From NCBI GenBank assembly GCA_045589595.1, contig JAZNPK010000011.1:341-64340 (forward strand): 64,000 nucleotides of DNA. The letters run 5' to 3'. Shown one piece after another: positions 45,912-56,489 of this stretch. A program made the translations under genes and the position numbers. The DNA comes from Victivallales bacterium. Its GTDB lineage: Bacteria; Verrucomicrobiota; Lentisphaeria; Victivallales; UBA1829. The notes below the pieces were generated by a model that worked only from the letters and a program-made list of their open reading frames with translations, did not search any database and was not told the DNA's origin. Numbering within the stretch: the first letter of the stretch is position 1; every line of letters begins with the position of its first letter.

Positions 45912-46807
45912 AAACCATGAATCTTCTGCTGATCTTTCTGCTGTCCGTTTCAGTGATCCCCGCCTTTGCCGCCGATCCGAAACTGGAAGCGATCAATACC
46001 CTGTTGAACAGTGCCGGCAGACACAATCTGCCTGCGGCTTTTGCCCTTGCCGGCAATGATGCCGCGCTGCTCAGCCGCTGTTTCATCCGTCAGATCGAAC
46101 TGGAAGGGGACAATGCGCTGGATGCCCTTCAGAAACACGCTGTTCTGACGCCGGAACAGAAATGCAATATTCTTGCTGCGGCAGCGGAACGGATCTCCGA
46201 TGAACCGCCGTCGGCAAAAATGCTTGAAGCACTCAAGGCATATTCCCTGCAGGCGACGCTGCCGATCCGGACGCGGACCGGTGCCGCTGTTGCCGCCGCC
46301 CGGCTGATCTGGGAGTTCCGCCGGATTCCCGACGGCAGACTGGAACGGGATCATCTTGATATTGTCCATATTCTGGAAGCGGTCCGCAATACGGAAAGCC
46401 GCAACGATCCGGCGCTCCATCTCTGGCTGGCGCGGACGCATCTGGCTTTGGGGAATGATTCCGCCGTAACGGATTCGCTCAATGTGCTGGAATCTTCGCT
46501 CAAATCGTTTGCAGATGCCGGGATCGCGCAGGAATATTTCCGTCAGTTTCATGTGATCCGCGGTGATTTCTTTTTCAAAAAGAGAAATTTCGTTCAGGCT
46601 TATGCCATGTACAAAATCGTTGCTGAAAATGCCGGAACAGACAACGATCAGAAAGAATGGCTTTACGAAAAAATGGCAGAATGTGCCATGGCGTCCGGCG
46701 ACTTTGAAGCGGCGCTGGATGCGCTGAAAAAGATCCCCGTTCAACCGGATGAACTGCGTCAGGCGCAGATCCGTAATCTGGAAAAAAGAATAAAGGAAAA
46801 AAAATGA
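45908..46807 (+). CDS. Hypothetical secreted TPR-like protein
   Basis: Signal peptide MKTMNLLLIFLLSVSVIPAFA. Helical-repeat character in the C-terminal half. ATGA overlaps at both ends. Confidence 0.65.
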   Translation: MKTMNLLLIFLLSVSVIPAFAADPKLEAINTLLNSAGRHNLPAAFALAGNDAALLSRCFIRQIELEGDNALDALQKHAVLTPEQKCNILAAAAERISDEPPSAKMLEALKAYSLQATLPIRTRTGAAVAAARLIWEFRRIPDGRLERDHLDIVHILEAVRNTESRNDPALHLWLARTHLALGNDSAVTDSLNVLESSLKSFADAGIAQEYFRQFHVIRGDFFFKKRNFVQAYAMYKIVAENAGTDNDQKEWLYEKMAECAMASGDFEAALDALKKIPVQPDELRQAQIRNLEKRIKEKK

Positions 46808-48030
46808 TCGCTCTGGAAAGATTGAGCCGATACGCCGATCTGATCGTGGAAAAAGGTCTGAACCCGGATCCCGGTCAGGAAGTTATGGTGCTGGCGTCTC
46901 TGGACCAGCCGGAATTTGTCCGTATGGTGGTGGAAAAATGCTATCAGCGCGGCGCAAGCCGTGTCCGCGTGGAGTGGACCGATATGCCGCTGGAAAAACT
47001 GGATCAGATCTATCAAACCGAAGAAAAACTTTCTTCCATTGAAGATTGGGAGATCGAAAAACTCCGTTGGCGCTCCGAACATCTGCCCGCATTCCTCTGG
47101 CTGGATTCGGACGATCCGGACGGAATGGACGGGATCGATCAGGGCAAACGCGCCCGGGCGAGAATGGCGCGGTTCCCCCGGATCAAACCTTTCCGCGACG
47201 CTATGGAAAACAAATTCCAGTGGTGTATTGCCGCTGTTCCCGGGCGGCCGTGGGCGGAAAAAGTCTTTCCCGGTCTCACCGGACAGGATGCGATTGACAG
47301 ACTCTGGGATGCCATTCTTTCCGCCAGTCGTGCGGATGGCGACCCCATTGCCAACTGGAACGCGCACAATGAAGCCATTCACCGCCGCTGTGAACAGTTG
47401 AACCGTTACCGTTTTGCAAAACTGGAATACAAAGCTGCCAACGGGACCGATCTTACGGTGGGGCTGATGCCGGAAGGAATTTTTGCCGGAGCTGCTGAAA
47501 AAGATCTTTCCGGCAGACTTTTCAATCCCAATATCCCGTCGGAGGAGATCTTCACCACGCCCCGGAAAGGTGCGGCGGAAGGGATCGTATTTTCCACAAA
47601 ACCGCTGTCATGGCAGGGCAGCCTGATCGAAGATTTTTCCATCCGGTTTGAAAATGGAAAAGCCGTTGAAGTCCGCGCCGCAAAAGGTCAGGACGCGCTG
47701 GAAAAAATGATCGCCATGGATGAAGGCGCACCCTGCTTGGGTGAATGTGCCCTGATCCCCTGCGATTCCCCCATCAACAATACGGGCATCCTTTTCTACA
47801 ACACTCTTTTTGACGAAAATGCGAGCTGTCATCTCGCACTCGGCAGAGGCTTCGAAAATTGTGTGGAAGGCTTTGAAAACATGACGCAGGAACAGCTCCG
47901 GGCGATGGGCGTCAACGACAGTATGATCCATGTGGATTTTATGATCGGCGCCCCGGATCTGGACATTACCGGGATCCTGCCGGACGGCACCCGCGTACCG
48001 GTTTTCCGCAACGGAGAATGGTGCTTCTGA
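46804..48030 (+). CDS. M29-family aminopeptidase (AmpS/PepS-like)
   Basis: 408 aa. LSRYADLIVEKGLNPDPGQEVMVLA...YQRGASRVRVEWTD is typical of peptidase M29. Confidence 0.88.
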   Translation: MIALERLSRYADLIVEKGLNPDPGQEVMVLASLDQPEFVRMVVEKCYQRGASRVRVEWTDMPLEKLDQIYQTEEKLSSIEDWEIEKLRWRSEHLPAFLWLDSDDPDGMDGIDQGKRARARMARFPRIKPFRDAMENKFQWCIAAVPGRPWAEKVFPGLTGQDAIDRLWDAILSASRADGDPIANWNAHNEAIHRRCEQLNRYRFAKLEYKAANGTDLTVGLMPEGIFAGAAEKDLSGRLFNPNIPSEEIFTTPRKGAAEGIVFSTKPLSWQGSLIEDFSIRFENGKAVEVRAAKGQDALEKMIAMDEGAPCLGECALIPCDSPINNTGILFYNTLFDENASCHLALGRGFENCVEGFENMTQEQLRAMGVNDSMIHVDFMIGAPDLDITGILPDGTRVPVFRNGEWCF

Positions 48031-48136
48031 GTCATTGTGTCGCTGTTGATCAGCACTGGCACGGTGTGACTTTTGCTGTGACAAAATGTCGCATATTCCG
48101 CCTGTTTTCTGCGGAGTTCAGCCCCTTTTTTGCAGT

Positions 48137-48152
48137 TGGCACGGTAATTGCT
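48137..48152 (+). promoter_or_regulatory. Sigma-54-type (-24/-12) promoter match upstream of clpB
   Basis: TGGCACG-GTAA-TTGCT matches the TGGCACG-N4-TTGCW consensus. GG is at 48138-39 and GC at 48150-51, about 60 nt upstream of ATG 48211. It is the only such match I found on either strand of the window. Confidence 0.55.
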
Positions 48153-48210
48153 TTTTATTCTGCTGTCAAACCATAACACGGCAGAACCGTAAACAAAAGG
48201 AGACAGTACG

Positions 48211-50832
48211 ATGGATATGCAGAAACTGACAGAAAAATCCCGTGAAGCCATGCTCGCCACCCAGGAACTTGCTATTGAAAAGGGCAATCCGGAAATCACT
48301 CCGGCGCACCTTCTCCATTCCCTGATCCATCAGGAACAGGGGTTGATCCCCTCCCTGCTCAAACACATGAATGTTCCCGCCGCGCCCCTCGGCGAAGCAG
48401 TGGATCAGCTTCTGGACAAACTTTCCCGTGTGTCCGGGTCGGGCGCGCAGCATCCTTACACATCCCGTGAGTTCAGCGAAGTTCTCATTTTTGCCAAACA
48501 GAATGCGGAAGAAATGAAGGACGAATACATCAGTGTGGAACATCTGTTCCGGGGGATCATGGAGCGTTCCGCTTCGTGCCGCGAAGTGCTGAACTCCTTT
48601 CAGATCACGCCGGAATCCTATCTGACGGCATTGAAGATCGTCCGCGGCAATCAGCGCGTCACCAGTGAAAATCCGGAAGATTCGTTTGAAGCGCTGGAAA
48701 AATACGGCAGAGACCTGACCGCCCGCGCTGCTGAAGATAAACTTGATCCCGTGATCGGACGCGATGATGAGATCCGCCGCGCCATTCAGATCCTTGCCCG
48801 CCGCACCAAAAACAATCCCGTTCTCATCGGTGAACCGGGAGTGGGTAAGACCGCCATCGTGGAAGGTCTCGCTGTCCGCGTGATCCGTGGCGATGTGCCG
48901 GATTCCCTGAAACACAAACGGATCATTGCGCTGGATATGGGGGCATTGATCGCCGGAGCGAAATACCGCGGCGAATTTGAAGAACGGTTGAAAGCCGTGC
49001 TGAAAGAAGTGTCGTCCGCCAAAGGCGATATCATTCTTTTCATTGACGAACTCCACACAGTCGTGGGTGCCGGAGCAAGTGAAGGCAGTATGGATGCCGG
49101 AAATCTGCTCAAGCCCATGCTTGCCCGCGGTGAACTCCATTGCATCGGTGCCACCACGCTGGACGAATACCGCAAGTACATCGAAAAAGATCCTGCACTG
49201 GAACGCAGATTCCAGTCCATTCTCGTTCCGGAACCCAATGTGGAGGATACCATTTCCATTCTGCGCGGACTGAAAGAACGGTATGAAGTGCATCACGGTG
49301 TCAAGATCCGGGATGCTGCGATCGTTGCAGCGGCAACCCTTTCCGATAAATATATCGCGGACCGTTTCCTGCCGGACAAAGCCATTGACCTGATGGATGA
49401 AGCCGCCGCAAAACTGCGTACGGAAATCGATTCCTGTCCCACTGAGATCGACGAACTGGAACGGAAAGCTATGCGGATGGAGATCGAACTCTCCGCCCTG
49501 AAAAAAGAAACGGACGCCGCTTCCCATGCACGCCGGGAGGAACTGGAAAAAGATCTGGCGGACGTACAGGAAAAAGTCCGTGCGTTCCGTGCTGCCTGGG
49601 ATGCGGAAAAGAACGCCATCGGCGAGACCCGGACGCTCCGGGAAAGTCTGGACCTTGCCAAAATGCAGCTGGACAAAGCGGAACGGGAATCGGATTTTGA
49701 ACGGGCGGGCGAACTGCGTTTTTCCGTGATCCCCGGCATCGAAAAACAAATCGCCGCTGTGGAAAAACGCGCGGCAGATGCGGCGCAGTCCGAAAACCGT
49801 CTGCTGAAAGAGGAAGTGACGGAAGAGGATATTGCGGAGATCGTCAGTCGCTGGACCCGGATCCCTGTTGCCAAACTGGTGCAGAGTGAACGGGAAAAAC
49901 TGCTGCATCTCGGGGAAGAACTCCACAAACGGGTCATCGGGCAGGATGAAGCTGTGGAAACGGTGTCCGATGCAGTTCTCCGGTCCCGCGCCGGATTGAA
50001 AGATCCCAACCGCCCCACGGCATCCTTCATTTTCCTCGGACCGACCGGTGTGGGAAAAACGGAACTCGCCCGCGCACTGGCGGAGGAACTGTTCGATGAT
50101 CAGCGTGCCATGATCCGGATCGATATGTCGGAATACATGGAAAAATATACGGTATCCAGACTCATCGGTGCGGCACCGGGCTACGTTGGTTTTGAAGAAG
50201 GCGGACAGCTCACCGAAGCGGTACGGCGCCGTCCCTACTCCGTGATCCTGTTTGACGAAATCGAAAAAGCGCATCCGGATGTGTTCAATATCTTTCTTCA
50301 GATCCTGGATGATGGTCAGTTGACCGATTCCCACGGCAGGACCGTCAGTTTCAAAAATACCATTATCATCATGACCAGCAACATCGGCAGCGATCTTCTT
50401 CTGGATCACGCCGACAGCAGCAAAGGTGCCGATATGGAAGCGCTGCGGCCCGATATCATGCGTCTGCTCCACAGTCATTTCAGACCCGAATTTCTGAATC
50501 GTGTGGACGGGATCCTGATGTTCCAGCCGCTGACGAAAGACCAGATCCGCAAGATTTTGGATATTCTGGTGGCACGCGTGGCAGACCGTCTGGCGGATCA
50601 GGGCGTCCGGATCGAACTTTCGGATTCTGCAGGTGCGCTGCTGGCAGATCACGGATACGATCCCCAGTTCGGGGCGCGTCCCCTGAAACGGGTCGTGGTC
50701 AACGAGATCGAAACACCCGTATCCCGGATGCTGATCGCCGGAGAACTCCGGGGCGGTATGACACTTCATGTGGATACCATCAAAGGCGGCAGGGAACTGA
50801 AATTCTATTGCACTGAAACGGAAAGCGTTTGA
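48211..50832 (+). CDS. clpB: ClpB disaggregase (AAA+ chaperone)
   Basis: 873 aa. Clp N-domain, two Walker A boxes ([16 protein letters not shown]) and the long middle coiled coil. SD AAGGAG upstream. Confidence 0.95.
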   Translation: MDMQKLTEKSREAMLATQELAIEKGNPEITPAHLLHSLIHQEQGLIPSLLKHMNVPAAPLGEAVDQLLDKLSRVSGSGAQHPYTSREFSEVLIFAKQNAEEMKDEYISVEHLFRGIMERSASCREVLNSFQITPESYLTALKIVRGNQRVTSENPEDSFEALEKYGRDLTARAAEDKLDPVIGRDDEIRRAIQILARRTKNNPVLIGEPGVGKTAIVEGLAVRVIRGDVPDSLKHKRIIALDMGALIAGAKYRGEFEERLKAVLKEVSSAKGDIILFIDELHTVVGAGASEGSMDAGNLLKPMLARGELHCIGATTLDEYRKYIEKDPALERRFQSILVPEPNVEDTISILRGLKERYEVHHGVKIRDAAIVAAATLSDKYIADRFLPDKAIDLMDEAAAKLRTEIDSCPTEIDELERKAMRMEIELSALKKETDAASHARREELEKDLADVQEKVRAFRAAWDAEKNAIGETRTLRESLDLAKMQLDKAERESDFERAGELRFSVIPGIEKQIAAVEKRAADAAQSENRLLKEEVTEEDIAEIVSRWTRIPVAKLVQSEREKLLHLGEELHKRVIGQDEAVETVSDAVLRSRAGLKDPNRPTASFIFLGPTGVGKTELARALAEELFDDQRAMIRIDMSEYMEKYTVSRLIGAAPGYVGFEEGGQLTEAVRRRPYSVILFDEIEKAHPDVFNIFLQILDDGQLTDSHGRTVSFKNTIIIMTSNIGSDLLLDHADSSKGADMEALRPDIMRLLHSHFRPEFLNRVDGILMFQPLTKDQIRKILDILVARVADRLADQGVRIELSDSAGALLADHGYDPQFGARPLKRVVVNEIETPVSRMLIAGELRGGMTLHVDTIKGGRELKFYCTETESV

Positions 50833-50856
50833 ATTTCGCGGGAGTTATGATATATT
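50829..50856 (+). promoter_or_regulatory. Candidate sigma-70-type promoter of grpE-dnaJ
   Basis: TTGAAT (50829-50834), 16 nt, TATATT (50851-50856). Confidence 0.4.
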
Positions 50857-50883
50857 ATAAAAAGGGGGAGGGTAAATAACAAC

Positions 50884-51633
50884 ATGACAAAACGGAAGCG
50901 GAAAATGACAGAAGAAAAAAACACACAGACAACTGCAGAAACTCCTGCAAATGAAGATCTGAACGATACTGTTGCAACAACCAACGCGGAAACCGTGGAG
51001 GATATTCTCTCCGATGCCGCCGCAGCAGCCGACGGACAGCAGAAATCTTCTGCCGGTAAGGTCTGGAATGATATTGCACCTGAGGCTGAAAATATGGAAG
51101 AGATCCTGCCTGAAGTTCCCGCAGAAGAAGAAAAAACCGCTGCGCCGAAAGCGAAAGCGGATCAGGCGGCAGCGGAACAGATCGAGATCCTGACCCGTAA
51201 ACTGGCAGAAGCGGAACGGCTCCGGCTGTTGGCTCTGGCGGAAATGGACAATCAGCGCAAACGCGCCGCGAAGGAGCGGGACAATCTCCGCGCGCACGTG
51301 GAACAGGATACGCTGATGCCGTTTCTGCAGGTCTTTGAACACTTCTCCATGGCGGTGAAAGCAGTTCATGGCGCAGCCAATGTGGATGCCATCGTCAAAG
51401 GTCTGGAAATGATCCAGACGGAATTTGATAAGGCGTTCAGCGAACTCGGTGTGGAAAAAATCGACGCTCTGGGCAAAGAATTCAATCCCGAATTCCATGA
51501 AGCCGTGGCGCAGGAACCGTCTGAGACCGTTCCCGCCGGGATCGTGCTGAAACAGTGGAGTTTCGGATTCAAAAGCGGGGACCGTCTGATCAAGCCTGCC
51601 ATGGTGATCGTCAGCTCCGGGACCGGCGAATAA
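50884..51633 (+). CDS. grpE: Nucleotide exchange factor GrpE (long acidic N-terminus)
   Basis: 249 aa. LAEMDNQRKRAAKERD and a C-terminal beta-domain (VLKQWSFGFKSGDRLIKPAMV). Confidence 0.9.
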   Translation: MTKRKRKMTEEKNTQTTAETPANEDLNDTVATTNAETVEDILSDAAAAADGQQKSSAGKVWNDIAPEAENMEEILPEVPAEEEKTAAPKAKADQAAAEQIEILTRKLAEAERLRLLALAEMDNQRKRAAKERDNLRAHVEQDTLMPFLQVFEHFSMAVKAVHGAANVDAIVKGLEMIQTEFDKAFSELGVEKIDALGKEFNPEFHEAVAQEPSETVPAGIVLKQWSFGFKSGDRLIKPAMVIVSSGTGE

Positions 51634-51677
51634 ATCTGTCTGTTGCTCCACCTGTCAAAAAGTTGAGGTAAGGCAAT

Positions 51678-52844
51678 ATGGCAAAAAAAGATTATTACGA
51701 AACACTGGGTGTTTCCAAATCGGCATCGGCGGATGATATCAAAAAAGCATACCGCAAACTTGCCGTGAAGTATCACCCGGATAAAAATCCCGGCGATAAA
51801 GCTGCAGAAGATAAATTCAAGGCGATCTCCCAGGCGTATGAAGTCCTGAGCGATCCCCAGAAACGCGCCCAGTACGATCAGTTCGGCGCCGATTACTTTG
51901 AAAAAGGCGGTGGCGGCGGACCCGGAGCCGGAAGAGGCGGCGGACCCGGATTTTCAGGATTCAGTGATCCTCGGGATATTTTCAGTCAGTTCTTCGGCGG
52001 CGGTGCCGGCGGGGGCGCATTTTCTTTTGAGGATATTCTCGGCGGCGGCGGAAAACGCAGAAGTGCCGCCCGGAACGGACAGGATCTCCAGCAGAAAATC
52101 AGCATCTCCTTTGAAGATGCCGTATTCGGGACGACCAGAGAGATCCGCGTGACCCGGACAGAAAACTGCTCTGTCTGCGGCGGATCCGGGGCGGCTCCCG
52201 GTACGAAAGCGGAGCGGTGTCCGGATTGCCACGGGACCGGTCAAGTGATGATGAATCAGGGATTTTTCCAGACGGAGGCACCCTGCCGGAAATGCGGCGG
52301 AAGCGGCAAAATCATCACCAATCCCTGCTCCACCTGTCGCGGGACGGGACAGGTCCGTGCGGCGAAAACGATCCAGATCAACATTCCTCCCGGCGTGGAC
52401 AACGGATCCCGTCTGCGTGTCCCCCGTGCGGGCGACGCAGGCGTCAACGGCGGCGCACCGGGCGATCTTTATGTGGAAACAGAGATCCTGCCCCACGATG
52501 TGTTCAGCCGGGAAAAATCCGATATCATCTGCGAGCTGCCGATCCCCTTTCTGACGGCGCTGCTCGGCGGGATCGTGGATGTGCCGACCGTGTCCGGAAA
52601 AACCCGGATGAAGATCGCACCCGGCACCCAGAGCGGCACGATGCTGCGGATCCGCGGCAAAGGGATGCCCGCACTGAAAGGCGGTGCCAGAGGCGATGAG
52701 ATCGTGAAGATCCTTGTGGAGATCCCGGTAAAACTGACAAAAGAACAGACAGCGGCACTGGAGCAGGCGGCATCCCTGCTGACGGACGCCAATCAGCCGA
52801 AACAGACAGCGTTCCGGAAACGTGCGGAGCGTTTTCTGCAATGA
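51678..52844 (+). CDS. dnaJ: Co-chaperone DnaJ
   Basis: 388 aa. J-domain KDYYETLGV...YHPDKN, a G/F-rich region and four CxxCxGxG zinc-finger repeats. Confidence 0.95.
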   Translation: MAKKDYYETLGVSKSASADDIKKAYRKLAVKYHPDKNPGDKAAEDKFKAISQAYEVLSDPQKRAQYDQFGADYFEKGGGGGPGAGRGGGPGFSGFSDPRDIFSQFFGGGAGGGAFSFEDILGGGGKRRSAARNGQDLQQKISISFEDAVFGTTREIRVTRTENCSVCGGSGAAPGTKAERCPDCHGTGQVMMNQGFFQTEAPCRKCGGSGKIITNPCSTCRGTGQVRAAKTIQINIPPGVDNGSRLRVPRAGDAGVNGGAPGDLYVETEILPHDVFSREKSDIICELPIPFLTALLGGIVDVPTVSGKTRMKIAPGTQSGTMLRIRGKGMPALKGGARGDEIVKILVEIPVKLTKEQTAALEQAASLLTDANQPKQTAFRKRAERFLQ

Positions 52845-52871
52845 CCACAGAACAGTGAATGAGAATTTGCC

Positions 52872-53372
52872 ATGACAGCAAAAAAAGCCGAAAAACCCGC
52901 AGCAGCGGATCATGACATCATCGCCCAGAACAAAAAGGCGTACCACGATTTTGAGATCCTCGAAAAAATGGAAGCCGGTCTGGAACTGCGGGGAACGGAA
53001 GTGAAAAGCTGCCGGATGCGTTCCGTTCAGCTGCAGGATGCTTTTGCCCGGGTCGAAAACGGCGAACTTTTTGCATTCGGGATCCATATTTCCCCCTATT
53101 CTCACGGCAACCGGTTCAACCATGAGGCTGTCCGCAGACGCCGTCTGCTGATGCACAAAAAAGAGATCCTCCGTCTTTTTCAGCGTGTGAACGAAAAAGG
53201 CTTTTCCCTGATCGTGCTGAAGATGTATCTGAAACGGGGCAGGGTGAAAGTGGAAATCGGTGTCGGCCGCGGCAAAACCTTCGGCGATAAACGCGAAACG
53301 CTGAAAAAGCGTCAGGATGATATGGATGCCAGAAGATTTCTCGGTACAAAACGCAAACAATTTCAGGATTGA
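52872..53372 (+). CDS. smpB: SsrA-binding protein
   Basis: 166 aa with IAQNKKAYHDFEILEKMEAGLELRGTEVKS. Confidence 0.93.
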   Translation: MTAKKAEKPAAADHDIIAQNKKAYHDFEILEKMEAGLELRGTEVKSCRMRSVQLQDAFARVENGELFAFGIHISPYSHGNRFNHEAVRRRRLLMHKKEILRLFQRVNEKGFSLIVLKMYLKRGRVKVEIGVGRGKTFGDKRETLKKRQDDMDARRFLGTKRKQFQD

Positions 53373-53380
53373 TCACCACC

Positions 53381-54874
53381 ATGCTGATCGAAACAAATCT
53401 TTTCCGCCGGACAACGACCGGTAATGTCTGGGAGGTGTTGAGGATCGCTTTTCCGCTGATCCTTGCATCTGCAGGTCACTCCATCAATCTTTTTGTGGAC
53501 CGTCTGATGCTTCAGCGTTTTTCCGAAGACGCCATGTCCGCCGCATTCCCGGCAGGTTTGACATGTTTTGCCATGATCTGTTATTTTGTGGGGACGGTCG
53601 GTTACGCCAACTCCTTTGTAGCTCAGTATTTCGGAGCGAAGATGTATCACCGTGTGGGTGCTGCTGTGTGGCAGGCTGTTTATATGGCGATCCTGGGCGG
53701 GATCTGGTCGGCTCTGCTCTGGTTCGCTGCGGAACCGCTGTTCGACTTTTTCGGTCATGCCCCGCATCTGCGGGAGATGGAAGTGACATATTTCCGTCTG
53801 CTCGCGCTGGGCGGTGTGATCCCGCTGCTGACCATTGCCCTTTGTGCGTTCTGGGGCGGACAGGGCAAAACGGGGATGGTGATGTTTGTGAATCTGCTTG
53901 TCACATTCTGCAACATTCCCTTCAATGCGGCGTTGATTTTCGGGGTGGATCTGCCCTGGCTCAAACTGCCCCGTCTGGGGATCGTCGGTGCTGCTTACGG
54001 GACCATTGCCGCCGGTTTTGTCGGCGTTCTGTTTATGGCGTTCTGCTTTTTCCTGAACCGGGCAAATGTGGTGCGGTTCCGGACATGGTCTGCTAAACTG
54101 GATAAAGATCTTTTTCTGCGTCTGTTCAAATTCGGCGGACCCAACGGCGTGCAGCTGTTTCTGGACCTTGCCGCCTTCAATGCCTTTGTGGTACTGCTGG
54201 GCAAAATCGGACCGGATGTACTGAATGCGTCCGGCGTGGCATTTTCCCTGAATTCTCTGGCGATGATCCCCATGTTCGGGTTCGGACAGGCGGTTTCCAT
54301 TCTGGTGGGACAGGGGATCGGTGCGTCCGATATTCCTTTTGCGGAGCGTGCGGTGAAGAGTGCCAGATTCTGGCTGTATCTGGTGATCGTCATTGTGGGT
54401 GTCCTGTTCCTGATCTATCCGGAACCGTCTCTGACGCTGTTCAAGCTGGAGCCGGGTACGCGTGCTTATGAACTGGCGGAGATCATGCTGCGGTACATTA
54501 CGGCATATCTGCTGTTCGATGCCACATCGATCCTCTACGGCAGCGCCATCAAAGGGGCGGGCGACACCCGTTTTTCCATGATCATCGGCGCATCTTTTGC
54601 GTGGGTCCTTTACGGTCTGCCCTGTCTGGCGGTTTACTTCTTTTTCGCCAGTGACTTTGCCATCGACTGGCTGGGAAAAGGTCTGGCAGACACGATCAAT
54701 CTCTGGACTTTGTGGGTCATTTGCGTGGCGTACATCATGATCCTGGGCGTGGTATTTTATCTGCGCTACCGGAACGGTGCGTGGAAAACCATGAAAGTCA
54801 TCGAAAGCGAACAGAACGATCATCCCCGCGGAGCCATTCCGAAAGAACACGGGGTGGATGCGTATCTGCCCTGA
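53381..54874 (+). CDS. MATE-family efflux transporter
   Basis: Twelve-TM profile with LRIAFPLILASAGHSINLFVDRLML. I chose ATG 53381. TTG 53369 (the track start, overlapping the smpB stop) is the alternative. Confidence 0.88.
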   Translation: MLIETNLFRRTTTGNVWEVLRIAFPLILASAGHSINLFVDRLMLQRFSEDAMSAAFPAGLTCFAMICYFVGTVGYANSFVAQYFGAKMYHRVGAAVWQAVYMAILGGIWSALLWFAAEPLFDFFGHAPHLREMEVTYFRLLALGGVIPLLTIALCAFWGGQGKTGMVMFVNLLVTFCNIPFNAALIFGVDLPWLKLPRLGIVGAAYGTIAAGFVGVLFMAFCFFLNRANVVRFRTWSAKLDKDLFLRLFKFGGPNGVQLFLDLAAFNAFVVLLGKIGPDVLNASGVAFSLNSLAMIPMFGFGQAVSILVGQGIGASDIPFAERAVKSARFWLYLVIVIVGVLFLIYPEPSLTLFKLEPGTRAYELAEIMLRYITAYLLFDATSILYGSAIKGAGDTRFSMIIGASFAWVLYGLPCLAVYFFFASDFAIDWLGKGLADTINLWTLWVICVAYIMILGVVFYLRYRNGAWKTMKVIESEQNDHPRGAIPKEHGVDAYLP

Positions 54875-54926
54875 TGCGGAAGAATCCTGTTTTACTTTAA
54901 ATTTATTAAAAAAAACAGATCTTCAT

Positions 54927-54955
54927 TTGCAACGCTGTACTTTATGGTGTATTTT
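54927..54955 (+). promoter_or_regulatory. Candidate sigma-70-type promoter of the secretin / ABC operon
   Basis: TTGCAA (54927-54932), 17 nt, TATTTT (54950-54955), about 75 nt upstream of ATG 55031. Confidence 0.45.
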
Positions 54956-55030
54956 ACCCGCGTAAAGTCAACATAACCGGAGGATGCGGGTTCCCCACAC
55001 TGCGTCCGCCTCAGGAGTCAAACAGAAAAA

Positions 55031-56476
55031 ATGAAGAACCGTTGGATGCTTTTTGCCGGTATTCTCCTGTCCTGCACAGTGTTGCCGGCGCAGGAAACGA
55101 TCCGTGCGACCAATACCGGTAAAAATGATGCGTCGCTGACGATCAAGATCGGCGATCCCGCAGCAGATGCCGAAGCCGCAAAAAACAAAAAAAATGTGAT
55201 GGAACAGATGATGCGTCTGTTTCTGGAACGGACGCCGCCGACCGTTTTGAGTACGCGTCAGGTGAAAGAAGCCGCACCTGATTTCAAATTGATCCCCGGC
55301 AAAAACGGGATGGCAACATTGATTTACCGCTGCCGTTATGTGGATCCGGAATTTCTGACGGACTCCCTTGATGCAGTCGTGACCGATGCGGGTTACGTGG
55401 AACTGGTCAAGAAACTCGGCTCGGAAGCCAATGAATACAGCCTCATCGTCGTTCACGACAAAGCGGACAAGATGGATGAAATGAAAAAGATCCTTGTGGG
55501 TCTTGATGCACTTCAGCCCCAGGTCCTGGTGGAAGCACAGATCATCGAAGTCTATTCCGAACAGGGCGCGGAACGGGATGTCCGGCTGACCTATGAATAT
55601 TACGATGCCAAATACGACACGACCAACCGTTTCGGTTTCAATCTGGATTCTCCCGTGCAGAACCGCAGTGCCACGGCGGATCAGGGCGGCGGCATGAACT
55701 TTGTTCCCTTTGCCCACAATTCCTCCGACGGCTCCACCGGCAGACTGAATGCCGCCATCCGTTGGCTCAATACCAGCCGGAATGCCCGTATCCTTTCCGC
55801 GCCGAATGTGATCGCGGATCAGGGTGCGGAAGCCACCATCACCACGGCGGAAGAACTGCCGATCCCGGAATCCAGCACCAGCTCCTCCAGCACCAACCTG
55901 TCGATCAAATACAAACAGGTGGGTGTGACGCTGAAGATCACGCCTAAAATGATCAACGACAAAACGGTCCAGCTTTCTGTGAATCCCCAGGTCCGTTCGG
56001 TGCTGCGTTACGAAACGTTCAAAATGAATGAAGTCGTCAGCAACATCCCGGTGATCTCCCTGCGCAGTGTGGATACCCGGTTGACGGTCGCAGACGGCGA
56101 CATCATCATTCTCGGCGGTCTTTACAACAGTGAAAAGGCGGAGACCCTGCGGAAAGTGCCGTTCTTCGGTGATATTCCGGTGTTGAGCGATCTGGTGAAC
56201 GGCCGTGACTCCAGCAGTGTTGACAAACAGCTGCTGTTTCTGCTGAAAGTACACATTATCCATCCGTTCAAGGCGGAAACGGTGAATCTGGAATCGACAT
56301 CCGACGAGATCCACAAGGCATCCGAGATCCTTGAGCAGTCCCGGAAACTCTTTACCAACAAGCCCGCATCGGAATTTGTGGATGTGGAAGCTCTGCTGCA
56401 TAAAGAATCCATAAACCGTCAGACTGCGGAAGAACTGAAGAAAGCTGCTGAAGCTTCAGAGTCCAAGCCTGAGTAA
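55031..56476 (+). CDS. Secretin-family outer-membrane channel (short, single N-domain)
   Basis: 481 aa. Signal peptide MKNRWMLFAGILLSCTVLPAQE. Secretin domain: QVLVEAQIIEV...ILSAPNVIADQGAEATITT...KVPFFGDIPVLSDLV. Confidence 0.88.
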   Translation: MKNRWMLFAGILLSCTVLPAQETIRATNTGKNDASLTIKIGDPAADAEAAKNKKNVMEQMMRLFLERTPPTVLSTRQVKEAAPDFKLIPGKNGMATLIYRCRYVDPEFLTDSLDAVVTDAGYVELVKKLGSEANEYSLIVVHDKADKMDEMKKILVGLDALQPQVLVEAQIIEVYSEQGAERDVRLTYEYYDAKYDTTNRFGFNLDSPVQNRSATADQGGGMNFVPFAHNSSDGSTGRLNAAIRWLNTSRNARILSAPNVIADQGAEATITTAEELPIPESSTSSSSTNLSIKYKQVGVTLKITPKMINDKTVQLSVNPQVRSVLRYETFKMNEVVSNIPVISLRSVDTRLTVADGDIIILGGLYNSEKAETLRKVPFFGDIPVLSDLVNGRDSSSVDKQLLFLLKVHIIHPFKAETVNLESTSDEIHKASEILEQSRKLFTNKPASEFVDVEALLHKESINRQTAEELKKAAEASESKPE

Positions 56477-56489
56477 AGGCAGGTGACCC

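Noticed and set aside
48166-50769. 867-aa ORF on the minus strand, almost exactly antisense to clpB
   Set aside because: The plus-strand frame has every ClpB hallmark. The antisense product is a low-complexity, Arg/Gly/His/Phe-rich string with no start context. It is a shadow ORF of the kind expected opposite genes with strong codon bias.
50884-52844. grpE-dnaJ without dnaK between them
   Set aside because: dnaK is encoded separately from grpE and dnaJ in many bacteria, so its absence from this locus is not anomalous.
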